DNA of 64,000 nt from Desulfosudis oleivorans (GCA_020723325.1 DYJD01000006.1:143465-207464); one strand, 5' to 3'; numbered from the stretch's first letter, positions 28,223 to 37,487 are shown. Notes: generated by a model not told the origin, from the letters alone. Numbers and translations are program-made.

Positions 28223-28596
28223 TTATATACCTCCTTGGGATCAAAAACCGGCTGGTCCACGGTTTTGATGGATTCATTTTCCAATTGACGGTAAAAGCAA
28301 CTGCGGTGACCGGTGTGGCAGGCGGCGCCGCCCACCTGCTCGACCTTTAATAATACCGTGTCGTTGTCGCAGTCGATGCGGATTTCCTTGACAAGCTGGA
28401 CATGTCCCGAAGTCTCGCCCTTTACCCAGAGCTTTTTACGGCTGCGGCTGTAAAAAGTGGCCTTGCCGGTTTTTAAAGTTGCGGCCCAGGCCTCGGCATT
28501 CATGAAAGCCAGCATGAGCACCTCGGCGCTTTGATGGTCCTGGACAATGGCCGGTAACAGCCCGTTAAATTTGCTGAAATCAAGTTCAATGGTCAT
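28219..28596 (-). CDS. hisI: Phosphoribosyl-AMP cyclohydrolase
   Basis: [70 protein letters not shown]. Confidence 0.95.
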   Translation of the reverse strand: MTIELDFSKFNGLLPAIVQDHQSAEVLMLAFMNAEAWAATLKTGKATFYSRSRKKLWVKGETSGHVQLVKEIRIDCDNDTVLLKVEQVGGAACHTGHRSCFYRQLENESIKTVDQPVFDPKEVYK

Positions 28597-28710
28597 AAGC
28601 GTTTCTCTGTCTATCCTATCGATTTAATTCCTTAAATTTATTCATATACCTGTTGGGATCAGGCAAGTCAAATGGTTTTTATCACCGTCTTGGTTTTGGA
28701 TATTTGGTCA

Positions 28711-28764
28711 TTTGAGTTTTGAATTTGTTTCGGATTTCGTGTTTCGATATTCGAATTTAATTGG
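28711..28764. repeat. TTCGAA/TTTCG-rich A/T-phased intergenic element, copy A
   Basis: tttgagttttgaatttgtttcggatttcgtgtttcgatattcgaatttaattgg. It is about 34/42 identical to copy B at 41311-41373, in the same orientation. It lies ~45 nt upstream (minus-strand sense) of a TTGACT-N17-TATATG promoter-like box for hisI. Confidence 0.65.
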
Positions 28765-28824
28765 TCCTGGTCGTAATAATGACCATGGCTGACGGCTGGA
28801 CCTGTTGTACCTAATTGGGAGGAG

Positions 28825-29367
28825 CTATTTTTTCTTGAGCATGCTCATAAGCTTGGTCACGGCTTCGCGCAATTCCACTTTTTCCTCTTTCAGGCGCTTG
28901 ATCTCTTCCGTATAAGGGGCCTGCTTGCGGACAAAGTCATCGGTGAGGGCTTTTTCGCGTTTGGCGAACTGGGATTTTAAGCTCTGTTCCTTGCGATTGT
29001 ACTCTTCCTCGCAATGGCTGACGAGGGTTTGGTAGTGGTTGCGCTCCTTTTCGGCCTCTTCCATGATTTCTTCGGCATTGCGCAGCTTGGCGCTGATGGT
29101 GAGGTCTTGCTTATGGCGCAGAAAAAGGATGAGGCCGGCGCCGGCAAAGGCGAGCAGCAGCAGCCATGGTATGGCGAAGATCACGGCCCTGAAAACTGTT
29201 TTAATGACGGGTAGGGATTGAAGCAGCAGCCGGGCGAATTGGCCGGAAAAAGCCGCCTCCGATTGGTCGGTGATGCTCGTAAAATAAAGATAATGAAGCA
29301 GATGGGACAGCGCCACGCCGATGGCGATCCAAAGAATTCCTCTAGCTGCTCTGAGCATATTCATCAC
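28825..29367 (-). CDS. Membrane-anchored coiled-coil protein, hypothetical
   Basis: 180 aa. Two to three hydrophobic helices are followed by a charged heptad-like region (EEAEKERNHYQTLVSHCEEEYNRKEQSLKSQFAKREKAL). The start codon directly abuts the sbcB stop. Confidence 0.6.
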   Translation of the reverse strand: MMNMLRAARGILWIAIGVALSHLLHYLYFTSITDQSEAAFSGQFARLLLQSLPVIKTVFRAVIFAIPWLLLLAFAGAGLILFLRHKQDLTISAKLRNAEEIMEEAEKERNHYQTLVSHCEEEYNRKEQSLKSQFAKREKALTDDFVRKQAPYTEEIKRLKEEKVELREAVTKLMSMLKKK

Positions 29368-30825
29368 CTAGCAAAAGCGTTGTTGGATGTCCGTCTGCAA
29401 TTCTTTCAGCAACAAGCACTGTTCCTCATCAAGATTGCCGGCTGTCCGCAGTTGTTGAATTTCCGTAAGGGCCGCCGCCGGCGTCATTCTTTGAGCGCCT
29501 TTGAAATCCTGCAAAGCATCTTCCGGTCTTTGGGGATTGATTCGGCCCATATAGGTTTGAAAGTCTTTTTCGCTTTTCTTGGGCAGGGCTTGCTCCGGAA
29601 AATTACGGGAGAGGATTCGGCCGGCCAGGGTGCGGATTTCCGGTTTTTTAAACCGGTCAATCAAACCGGCTTTTTCCCCCAGGGGCAATAGGTGGTATTT
29701 TCGGCACAAGTCCTGCTCTTCCGTGGAAAGAAAGCCCATCTGATAAAGGGCCGCATCCGCATCCAGGTCCGGGATGACCGGATAGGCAAAATCGCGATGA
29801 TGGGCGATGATCAGGTCCAGCAGGTCCCGGCGATTCTGTAAAAAGGCGATATTCTCCGTTACAAGGGCCTGCCTTTCCGGGCTAATGAGCTGGTAAAAAC
29901 GCTCATGGGGTGGCAGGATAATGGGGCGGTCGCCCAGGCGTTTGCGGACAACCCAGGTCATTGCAGCGATGGTGTCCTGCTGCACAGTGGTTAATTCTGG
30001 GCAGTCCAGGCGCAGCCAGAGGGTTTGATTGCTGTACGGGACGGAACGGCCAATGGATAAGACCGGTGCTTGAAAGCGCTGCTCATGGCCGAATTCATTG
30101 CTGACGGCCAGGCCCAGGTGATGGGCGCCCGCAGGAGAAGTGAAGGCAACAGGAAGTTGTTCAAGGCGCTGCCCGTCGGTAATTTTGTCAAAAGAACCGG
30201 CCAGATAATCCCACATGGCGGAAGCGGTGCGCATTTTACGGGCCAATGCCAGGGCTGCTTCCGTATCGGCCATGGCATCATGGGACGGGCCTTCGGTGAG
30301 CTCGTTTGCCGCGTTCAGATGCTCCAGTTTCAAGGAGGGCCGGCCGTTCCGTTCGGGCCAGTGCAAATGGTTGCCTTTATATAGATGGTAGCAAGTGACC
30401 ATGGGGAGCAGATCCATCCTGCGGCAGCCTTTGCCGTACTGGTGGGTATAGGGCGGCAGCAGATTGCGATGAAAGGTGAAGCGGAGGAAATCATCGTCAA
30501 AACCCATGGAGTTGTAGCCGATGCTGATGGTGCCGGGCTCGTTCAGCAGGCTGTGCAATTGCCGTGCGGCCTCGAATTCAACAGTTCCGGTGGAAAGGGC
30601 CACATGAATCGGGATGCGGTGGGTGGCCATGGCCTGGGGGGAGATGATCACATCCGGCCGCAGTTTTACAGAGACAGCGTGGCGCTCGAGTTCATGCAGG
30701 CGCAGATCCGTGCGGATGGCGGCAAAGCGCAGGATCTGATCAAAGGCCGGGTTCAGGCCGGAAGTTTCAGTGTCGTAAAACAGAAAGCTGTTCATCATCG
30801 TCCTGTGGAACACGCGTATGGCCAT
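29368..30825 (-). CDS. sbcB: Exodeoxyribonuclease I-like DEDDh exonuclease
   Basis: FLFYDTETSGLNPAFDQILRFAAIRTD (ExoI motif I), IGYNSMGFDDDFLR (II), HDAMADTEA (III). The start is more likely 30798 (MMNSF). Confidence 0.8.
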   Translation of the reverse strand: MAIRVFHRTMMNSFLFYDTETSGLNPAFDQILRFAAIRTDLRLHELERHAVSVKLRPDVIISPQAMATHRIPIHVALSTGTVEFEAARQLHSLLNEPGTISIGYNSMGFDDDFLRFTFHRNLLPPYTHQYGKGCRRMDLLPMVTCYHLYKGNHLHWPERNGRPSLKLEHLNAANELTEGPSHDAMADTEAALALARKMRTASAMWDYLAGSFDKITDGQRLEQLPVAFTSPAGAHHLGLAVSNEFGHEQRFQAPVLSIGRSVPYSNQTLWLRLDCPELTTVQQDTIAAMTWVVRKRLGDRPIILPPHERFYQLISPERQALVTENIAFLQNRRDLLDLIIAHHRDFAYPVIPDLDADAALYQMGFLSTEEQDLCRKYHLLPLGEKAGLIDRFKKPEIRTLAGRILSRNFPEQALPKKSEKDFQTYMGRINPQRPEDALQDFKGAQRMTPAAALTEIQQLRTAGNLDEEQCLLLKELQTDIQQRFC

Positions 30826-30939
30826 GGAAATGGGTTATTTTTCCACACATAGCGGATATGCCGTATAAGATCAAGGCTGTTTTATCTTTGAAATAGTGCA
30901 ATATCCTCCATCGCTGAGTGATAATCGCATACAATAATG

Positions 30940-30967
30940 TTGACACTTGATGCCAAAAAGGTAAACT
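30940..30967 (+). promoter_or_regulatory. Sigma70-like promoter for the Phd/PIN pair
   Basis: TTGACA (30940-30945), 16-nt spacer, TAAACT (30962-30967). Confidence 0.45.
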
Positions 30968-30992
30968 TAAGATGAACTTGGTTGGAAAGGAG

Positions 30993-31259
30993 ATGAATGA
31001 ATTGAAACATATTATTAATGTAAAAGAACTTAGGGCATCTTTACCCGAGATAGTAAGAAGGGTTCAAAATGGTGACCAGTACACCGTGTTTTACAGAAGT
31101 CGTCCCGCTTTTCGGATAATTGCATTGTCTGCTGAGGAAGAAATAAAATTGCCTCTATCTGATGATCCTCTCTATCAGGCTCGTGCTGTGGGAAAATCTT
31201 CGGATGGATTAACCGGAAAAGATCATGATGCGGTTCTATATGGACGGCTGGAGGGCTAA
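30993..31259 (+). CDS. Phd/YefM-family antitoxin
   Basis: GGAAAGGAG lies upstream of the ATG at 30993. MNELKHIINVKELRASLPEIVRRVQNGDQYTVFYRSRPAFRIIAL is the typical Phd/YefM N-terminus. Confidence 0.75.
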   Translation: MNELKHIINVKELRASLPEIVRRVQNGDQYTVFYRSRPAFRIIALSAEEEIKLPLSDDPLYQARAVGKSSDGLTGKDHDAVLYGRLEG

Positions 31260-31667
31260 TTGAAACAGCTTTTTGTTGATACAGCGGCATGGATGGCCAT
31301 GGCGGACGGCAGAGATCCACTTCATGAAGCTTGCCGGGAGATTCGTGACGGCTGGCTAAAAGCTGGGGGCGTTCTCGTGACTTCTGACTATGTGCTTGAT
31401 GAAACGCTTACACTGATCAGAATGCGCTTGGGTATCGATGCGGCTGAAAAATGGTGGGATCAACTGGCCAGCAGTTCCAGGTTAAAGCAAGAGCGGGTAA
31501 ATTTCGAACGCGCTGAGAAGGCCAGGAATTGGTTCTTCAAGTGGAGAGACAAATCTTTTTCGTTCACAGATTGCACTAGTTTTGTTGTAATGAAGGAACT
31601 CCGGATTAACAAGGCGCTGACAAGCGACACTCATTTTGTTCAAGCCGGTTTCGAAATTCTTCCATAG
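31260..31667 (+). CDS. PIN-domain toxin (VapC-like)
   Basis: The TTG start immediately follows the antitoxin stop. FVDTAAWMAMADGRD, TSDYVLDETLTL, FSFTDCTSF, LTSDTHF give the four acidic PIN positions. Confidence 0.8.
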   Translation: MKQLFVDTAAWMAMADGRDPLHEACREIRDGWLKAGGVLVTSDYVLDETLTLIRMRLGIDAAEKWWDQLASSSRLKQERVNFERAEKARNWFFKWRDKSFSFTDCTSFVVMKELRINKALTSDTHFVQAGFEILP

Positions 31668-31707
31668 CACCAGATGCGATTGCCCTGAACAAAGAATGAG
31701 TTTGTGC

Positions 31708-31736
31708 TTGACATGAAATGGGGAGTCGTTTATATT
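31708..31736 (+). promoter_or_regulatory. Sigma70-like promoter upstream of the RsbRD_N-dsrMKJOP cluster
   Basis: TTGACA (31708-31713), 17-nt spacer, TATATT (31731-31736). Confidence 0.55.
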
Positions 31737-31830
31737 CCACCTTCTTGGTTTTTTCTGTGTATGTCAATGATTTTCCAGGATATAGAGTTTGAGGATAGGA
31801 AGGGCGCAGAGTGTGCGCCGAAGGGAGCAA

Positions 31831-32376
31831 ATGAAAATTACCACCCTCTTGCAGCAGCAGCGAACGGCCATTTTGAAAAAGTGGTTTGACAGCGTAGCAG
31901 ATGCCTATCCCCTGGAAACCTCACGTTTCTTGAAAACCCAGCAAGACCCCTTTGCCAATCCGGTGGGAAATGCCATGACCAGCGGCCTGGAGGGCCTGTT
32001 GGAGGAATTTGCCAAAGGGGCGGAGCGCGAAAAGCTTATCCGCCTGCTGGATCCCATCATTCGAATCCGTGCTGTTCAGGACTTTTCGCCTTCCCAGGCT
32101 GTGGGATTCATTTTCAACCTGAAAAAAATCATCCGTGATTTCATCAATAATATAGCTAATGCGCAGGTCGCCCAAGATGATCTTGCACGCTTGGAAGCGG
32201 AGATCGATGCGGCCGGCCTTTTGGCTTTTGATATCTACATGGGTTGCCGGGAAAGACTTTACGATATCAAGGCAAACCAGGAAAGAACCAAGGTATTTAA
32301 GGCATTCAAGCGGGCCGGTTTAGTAACGGAACCCTCGGAGGATGACCCGGGGCTTACGGTATCCAATATTTCATAA
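31831..32376 (+). CDS. RsbRD N-terminal domain protein (commonly linked to dsrMKJOP)
   Basis: Trimmed to MKITTLLQQQRTAILKKWFDSVADAYPLETSRFLKTQQDPFANPVG, preceded by AAGGGAG. The N-terminal pattern matches the RsbRD_N family seen next to dsr genes in sulfate reducers (from memory). Confidence 0.65.
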   Translation: MKITTLLQQQRTAILKKWFDSVADAYPLETSRFLKTQQDPFANPVGNAMTSGLEGLLEEFAKGAEREKLIRLLDPIIRIRAVQDFSPSQAVGFIFNLKKIIRDFINNIANAQVAQDDLARLEAEIDAAGLLAFDIYMGCRERLYDIKANQERTKVFKAFKRAGLVTEPSEDDPGLTVSNIS

Positions 32377-32432
32377 ACGGGCTGCCGGCGTTCAAGCACT
32401 GACGCAGGGGCCGGAAAAAGAGGTACGAGTCG

Positions 32433-33473
32433 ATGAATGTTCACTATCTGTTTTCCCTCATCGCTGTTGTAGCGCTTTGTTTGATCGCCTTTGTGGGGGT
32501 GGAATGGCTAGGGTTGCAGGCTTTATTCGGTGTTGTCTTGCCGTATGCAGCCGTATTAACGTTTGTCGTGGCTTTTTGGTATCGGGTTTGGAGCTGGGCC
32601 AGATCACCGGTTCCTTTCCGAATTCCCACGACATGCGGCCAACAAAAATCCCTGCCCTGGATCAACGCTGCGAAAATCGACAACCCCACCACCACAGGCG
32701 CCGTGATTGTGCGCATGCTGCTGGAGATTTTCTGCTTCCGTTCGTTGTTCCGCAACACCCATATGTCCTTTCATGAAACCGGGACAGGGGTACGCATCAC
32801 CTACCGCTGGGAAATCTGGTTGTGGGTTTTTGCCATGGCGTTTCACTATTCCTTTCTGGTGGTCCTGTTGCGGCATATGCGCTTTTTCTTTGAGCCGGTG
32901 CCCATGGTGATTCAACTCTTGGAAAACCTGGACAGTTTTTTCCGGATTGAATGGATGAGCAGCGTGGTCGGCATCGGCCTTCCCGGCGTGTTTGTGTCCG
33001 GCCTGGTCCTGCTCGCGGCGGTGACTTTTTTGTTTCTCCGGCGTCTGCTCAGCCCCAAGATCCGCTATATCTCCCTGGCAGCGGATTATTTTCCGTTGTT
33101 CCTGATCATGGCCATTGCCCTCACCGGCATCATGATGCGCTATTTCCTGAAGACCGACATCGTGGGCGTCAAATCTTTGGTCTGGGGCCTGGTTACATTG
33201 CAGCCGGCGCTGCCGGAAACAGTGGGAAGCCTATTTTATGTCCATCTCTTTCTGGTAACGGTGCTGTTGGTGTATTTCCCCTTCAGCAAACTGATGCATA
33301 TGGGAGGCGTCTTTCTGAGCCCGACACGCAACCTGACCACGGATACAAGGGCGCGGCGGCATGTCAATCCTTGGAACTACCCCGTAAAAGTTCATACTTA
33401 TGAAGAATACGAAGATGATTTCAGGGAGAAGATGATAGACGCGGGACTCCCTGTTGAAAAGGAGCAAGAGTAA
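32433..33473 (+). CDS. dsrM: DsrM, NarI-like membrane dihaem b subunit of the DsrMKJOP complex
   Basis: 346-aa polytopic membrane protein immediately upstream of the HdrD-like dsrK. Gene order is M-K-J-O-P. Confidence 0.88.
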   Translation: MNVHYLFSLIAVVALCLIAFVGVEWLGLQALFGVVLPYAAVLTFVVAFWYRVWSWARSPVPFRIPTTCGQQKSLPWINAAKIDNPTTTGAVIVRMLLEIFCFRSLFRNTHMSFHETGTGVRITYRWEIWLWVFAMAFHYSFLVVLLRHMRFFFEPVPMVIQLLENLDSFFRIEWMSSVVGIGLPGVFVSGLVLLAAVTFLFLRRLLSPKIRYISLAADYFPLFLIMAIALTGIMMRYFLKTDIVGVKSLVWGLVTLQPALPETVGSLFYVHLFLVTVLLVYFPFSKLMHMGGVFLSPTRNLTTDTRARRHVNPWNYPVKVHTYEEYEDDFREKMIDAGLPVEKEQE

Positions 33474-35101
33474 TGGCAGACCTTCCAAAAGCAGCGGAAC
33501 TAATCAAGATCGATCACAAGCCGAAGGCAAAGGGATGGATGGAAACGCCGGTGAACATCCGGCCGGGCATGTATTGCTATGCCGCCAATCCCAAGAGTCT
33601 TGACTACATGGGTTTTCCCAACGTGCGCGAATGGAATCCCCTGGATCAGGACTGGAAACTACCCAACAACTGGAAAGAAATCCTTTTCGAAGGTATCCGG
33701 GAGAGGTTGGGGCGTTTCCGCTCGTTTAAAATTTTCATGGATATTTGCGTGCGCTGCGGTGCCTGCGCCGACAAATGTCATTTTTTCATCGGCACCGGCG
33801 ACCCCAAGAACATGCCGGTGCTGCGCGCCGAGCTGCTGCGCTCGGTTTACCGCAACGATTTCACCATGGCCGGAAAAATCCTCGGCAAGATCGCCGGGGC
33901 AAGACCCATGACCCTGGATGTGCTGAAGGAGTGGTGGTATTATTTCTTTCAATGCACCGAATGCCGCCGCTGTTCGGTTTTTTGCCCGTATGGAATCGAT
34001 ACGGCGGAAATCACCATCATGGGCCGGGAGCTGCTCAATCTGCTGGGCCTGAACATCGACTGGATTGCAACCCCGGTGGCCAATTGCTTTCGCATGGGCA
34101 ACCACCTCGGCATCCAGCCCCACGCCTTCAAGGACATGCTCGATTTTTTTGAGGACGATATCGAAGAGCTGACCGGTTTGCGCATGGGCGTGCAGTACAA
34201 CAAGAAAGGCGCCGACATTCTGTTCATCACCCCCTCCGGTGACGTGTTCGCCGACCCCGGCACATACACCTGCATGGGCTACATGATGCTGTTCTATTAT
34301 CTGAAGCAGGAATACGGCCTGGATGTCACCTGGAGCACCTATGCTTCCGAGGGCGGCAATTTCGGCTTCTTCACCTCCCATGAGACCATGAAGCGACTGA
34401 ACGCCAAAATGTATGCCGAAGCCAAGCGCCTGGGGGTCAAATGGATTCTGGGCGGTGAATGCGGACACATGTGGCGGGTGATCACCCAGTACATGGACAC
34501 CATGAACGGCCCCGCGGATTTTCTGGAAGTGCCCAAAAATCCCATCACCGGAACGGTCTTTGAAAACGCCCGCTCCACCAAAATGGTGCACATCAGCGAG
34601 TTCACGGCCGACCTGATCCGGCACAAGAAATTGCGCCTGGACCCCAGCCGCAACGACAATCTGAAGGTCACCTTCCATGACTCCTGCAACCCCTCCCGGG
34701 GCATGGGGCTCTTGGACGAACCCCGCTATGTCATCCAGAATGTCTGCAACAATTTCTGTGACATGCCGCCCAACACCATCCGCGAGAATACCTTCTGCTG
34801 CGGCAGCGGCTCCGGCTTGAACGCCGGCGAGAATATGGAGCAGCGCATGGCCGGCGGTCTTCCCCGGGCCAATGCGGTTAAATATGTCCAGGAAAAACAC
34901 GGCGTGAACATGCTCGCCACCATCTGCGCGGTGGACCGGGCGGCCTTGCCGGATTTGATGAAATATTGGGTGCCCGGCGTGGCTGTCACCGGCCTGCACG
35001 AATTGGTGGCCAATGCGTTGATACTGCCGGGAGAAAAAGAAAGGGAGACCGACCTGCGCCAGGAGCCGCTCCCAGGAATGGAGGATGGCACCGATGAATG
35101 A
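33473..35101 (+). CDS. dsrK: DsrK, HdrD-like Fe-S/CCG catalytic subunit
   Basis: CVRCGACADKCH and CTECRRCSVFCPYG ferredoxin motifs, with a C-terminal CCG motif FCCGSGSG. 542 aa. Confidence 0.92.
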   Translation: MADLPKAAELIKIDHKPKAKGWMETPVNIRPGMYCYAANPKSLDYMGFPNVREWNPLDQDWKLPNNWKEILFEGIRERLGRFRSFKIFMDICVRCGACADKCHFFIGTGDPKNMPVLRAELLRSVYRNDFTMAGKILGKIAGARPMTLDVLKEWWYYFFQCTECRRCSVFCPYGIDTAEITIMGRELLNLLGLNIDWIATPVANCFRMGNHLGIQPHAFKDMLDFFEDDIEELTGLRMGVQYNKKGADILFITPSGDVFADPGTYTCMGYMMLFYYLKQEYGLDVTWSTYASEGGNFGFFTSHETMKRLNAKMYAEAKRLGVKWILGGECGHMWRVITQYMDTMNGPADFLEVPKNPITGTVFENARSTKMVHISEFTADLIRHKKLRLDPSRNDNLKVTFHDSCNPSRGMGLLDEPRYVIQNVCNNFCDMPPNTIRENTFCCGSGSGLNAGENMEQRMAGGLPRANAVKYVQEKHGVNMLATICAVDRAALPDLMKYWVPGVAVTGLHELVANALILPGEKERETDLRQEPLPGMEDGTDE

Positions 35102-35489
35102 TAAAAAATGGATCATCGCCGGATTGTTGCTTTTTACGGTTGTAGTATTGTCCCCGGTTTTGTGGAATGCCTTCAAAACACCCACGCCGCCTGAACCGGT
35201 CTTGTCGGCCAAGGCCAAAGCCGCGGGTTATTGTGTGCTGGCCAAGGATCAGATGAAGGCCGGACATATGCAGATTCTGGATGTATGGCGGGACGCGGTG
35301 GTGCGCCAGGGCGAGCGAGTATACAAAAGCACCAACGGCAAGGAATTCAACATGAGTCTTTCCAGCGGCGAGAATTCGTGCATCGGCTGCCATACCAGCA
35401 AGGTCGAATTCTGCGATAAATGCCATAACTATACTTCCGTAAGACCATACTGCTGGGATTGCCATAATGCACCGAAGGAGGCGATGTAA
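35085..35489 (+). CDS. dsrJ: DsrJ, periplasmic trihaem cytochrome c
   Basis: N-terminal anchor plus three CxxCH motifs (CIGCH, CDKCH, CWDCH). 134 aa. Confidence 0.9.
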   Translation: MAPMNDKKWIIAGLLLFTVVVLSPVLWNAFKTPTPPEPVLSAKAKAAGYCVLAKDQMKAGHMQILDVWRDAVVRQGERVYKSTNGKEFNMSLSSGENSCIGCHTSKVEFCDKCHNYTSVRPYCWDCHNAPKEAM

Positions 35490-36283
35490 TGAAAAACAGC
35501 CGAAGAAGCTTTATTAAAATAGCGGGCCTGGCTGCCCTCGGAATCGGATCAAAGCCGGTGCTAAATGCTTTTGCGATGGCCGAAGAGCATGGTGCCGGCG
35601 CCAAGGCCGCCACCCATGTGGGTGAAAAGGCCCTGGCCGCCAAGCAATGGGGCATGGTCATTGATACCCGCAAACTGGAGAAGGAATCGGATTTTGCACC
35701 GATTATCGCGGCCTGTCACGACGCCCACAATGTTCCCAACATGAAGGAAAAACGGCATGAGATCAAATGGATCTGGCAGGAAGACTACAAGCATGTATTT
35801 GCCGAGATGGAAAGCAAATATCTGAACGAACGCGTGGAAAAACTGCCCCTGCTGGTGCTGTGCAATCACTGCGAAAATCCATCCTGCGTGCGCGCCTGCC
35901 CGACCCAGGCGACCTTTAAGCGAGCGGACGGCATCGTCATGATGGATTTCCATCGCTGCATCGGCTGCCGTTTCTGCATGGCCGCCTGCCCCTATGGGTC
36001 CCGCAGTTTCAATTTCCAGGATCCGCGGCCCTTTATTGATTCCAAGAAATTCAATCCGGAATTTCCGACGCGCATGCGCGGCGTGGTTGAAAAATGTAAT
36101 TTCTGTTCGGAAAGACTGGCGGTGGGCAAACTTCCGGCCTGTGTGGAAGCCTCCAAGGGCGCCATTGTTTTCGGAGATTTGGAGGACCCCGCCTCCGACG
36201 TTCGGAAGATGTTGAAATCCAATTACACCATCCGACGCAAACCCGCGCTGGGCACTAGTCCGGCCGTCTACTACATCGTGTGA
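35489..36283 (+). CDS. dsrO: DsrO, Tat-exported 4Fe-4S ferredoxin-like subunit
   Basis: Twin-arginine signal SRRSFIKIAGLAALG. Multiple CxxCxxCxxxCP motifs (CNHCENPSCVRACP, CIGCRFCMAACP). Confidence 0.9.
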   Translation: MKNSRRSFIKIAGLAALGIGSKPVLNAFAMAEEHGAGAKAATHVGEKALAAKQWGMVIDTRKLEKESDFAPIIAACHDAHNVPNMKEKRHEIKWIWQEDYKHVFAEMESKYLNERVEKLPLLVLCNHCENPSCVRACPTQATFKRADGIVMMDFHRCIGCRFCMAACPYGSRSFNFQDPRPFIDSKKFNPEFPTRMRGVVEKCNFCSERLAVGKLPACVEASKGAIVFGDLEDPASDVRKMLKSNYTIRRKPALGTSPAVYYIV

Positions 36284-36290
36284 GGTCACT

Positions 36291-37448
36291 ATGCTTGAAC
36301 TGGCGGTAAAAGGAAGCAAAAAATACTGGCTGTTGGTACTGGCGCTGGCAGGCGTTGCCGGCATCGGTTTTCTGGTTTACCTGAAACAATTCAGCTTCGG
36401 TCTTGGAATCACCGGCCTGAGCCGGGATGTGACCTGGGGCTTTTATATCGCCCAATTCACTTTCCTGGTCGGGGTGGCCGCCGGCGGGGTCATGGTGGTG
36501 CTGCCGTATTATCTGCATGATTATAAAAAATTCGGCAAGATCACCATTCTGGGTGAGTTTCTGGCAGTGGCGGCCATTTCCATGTGCCTGATGTTCATCA
36601 TCGCCGACCTGGGGCAGCCCATGCGCGCCCTGAACGTGCTGCTCTATCCCACCCCCCGCTCCATGTTGTTCTGGGACATGATCGTTTTGAACGGCTACCT
36701 GTTCCTCAATATTTTTGTGGGCTGGATCGTGCTGGAAGCCGAACGTAACGGCGTGGCGCCGCCCAAATGGGTCAAGCCTTTTATCTTTCTTTCCATTCCC
36801 TGGGCCTTCGGCATTCATACGGTCACGGCCTGGTTGTACTGCGGCCTGCCCGGCCGCGGCTTCTGGTTGACTGCCATTCTGGCCCCGCGCTTTCTGGCTT
36901 CGGCCTTTGCCTCCGGACCGGCCTTTCTGATCTTGCTGTGCTTCCTCATCCGCAAATTCACCAAATTCGATCCGGGCAAGGAAGCCATTCAAACCGTGGC
37001 CAAAATCGTCACCTATGCCCTTATCGCCAACGTGTTTTTCTTTGTTTGCGAAGTGTTCGTGGCCATGTACAGCAACATTCCCGAACATCTTACGCATCTC
37101 CAATACCTGTTCTTCGGCATTCACGGTCATGGTGTGCTGGTGCCCTGGATGTGGCTGGCCATGATCTTGTTGGTATTGGCCATCGTGCTGTTGGTGAATC
37201 CCAACACCCGGGCCAATGAAACCACCCTGGGCATTGCCTGCGCCATGCTGTTTGCCGGCGCCTGGATCGACAAGGGCCTGGGCCTGATCGCCGGCGGTTT
37301 TGTGCCCAACCCCTTCCACCAGGTCAATGAATATGTGCCCACCCCCATGGAAGCCATGATCACCATCGGTGTCTGGGCCGCGGGTTTCCTGGTGCTCACG
37401 ATTCTGTATAAAATCGCCGTGGGCGTGAAGGAGGAAGTGACGGTCTAA
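36291..37448 (+). CDS. dsrP: DsrP, NrfD/PsrC-like integral membrane subunit
   Basis: 385 aa with about 10 TM helices, last gene of the M-K-J-O-P order. Confidence 0.88.
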   Translation: MLELAVKGSKKYWLLVLALAGVAGIGFLVYLKQFSFGLGITGLSRDVTWGFYIAQFTFLVGVAAGGVMVVLPYYLHDYKKFGKITILGEFLAVAAISMCLMFIIADLGQPMRALNVLLYPTPRSMLFWDMIVLNGYLFLNIFVGWIVLEAERNGVAPPKWVKPFIFLSIPWAFGIHTVTAWLYCGLPGRGFWLTAILAPRFLASAFASGPAFLILLCFLIRKFTKFDPGKEAIQTVAKIVTYALIANVFFFVCEVFVAMYSNIPEHLTHLQYLFFGIHGHGVLVPWMWLAMILLVLAIVLLVNPNTRANETTLGIACAMLFAGAWIDKGLGLIAGGFVPNPFHQVNEYVPTPMEAMITIGVWAAGFLVLTILYKIAVGVKEEVTV

Positions 37449-37487
37449 TTACCGACGACTGATTCCACTTTATTGGTTTGGTTTCTT

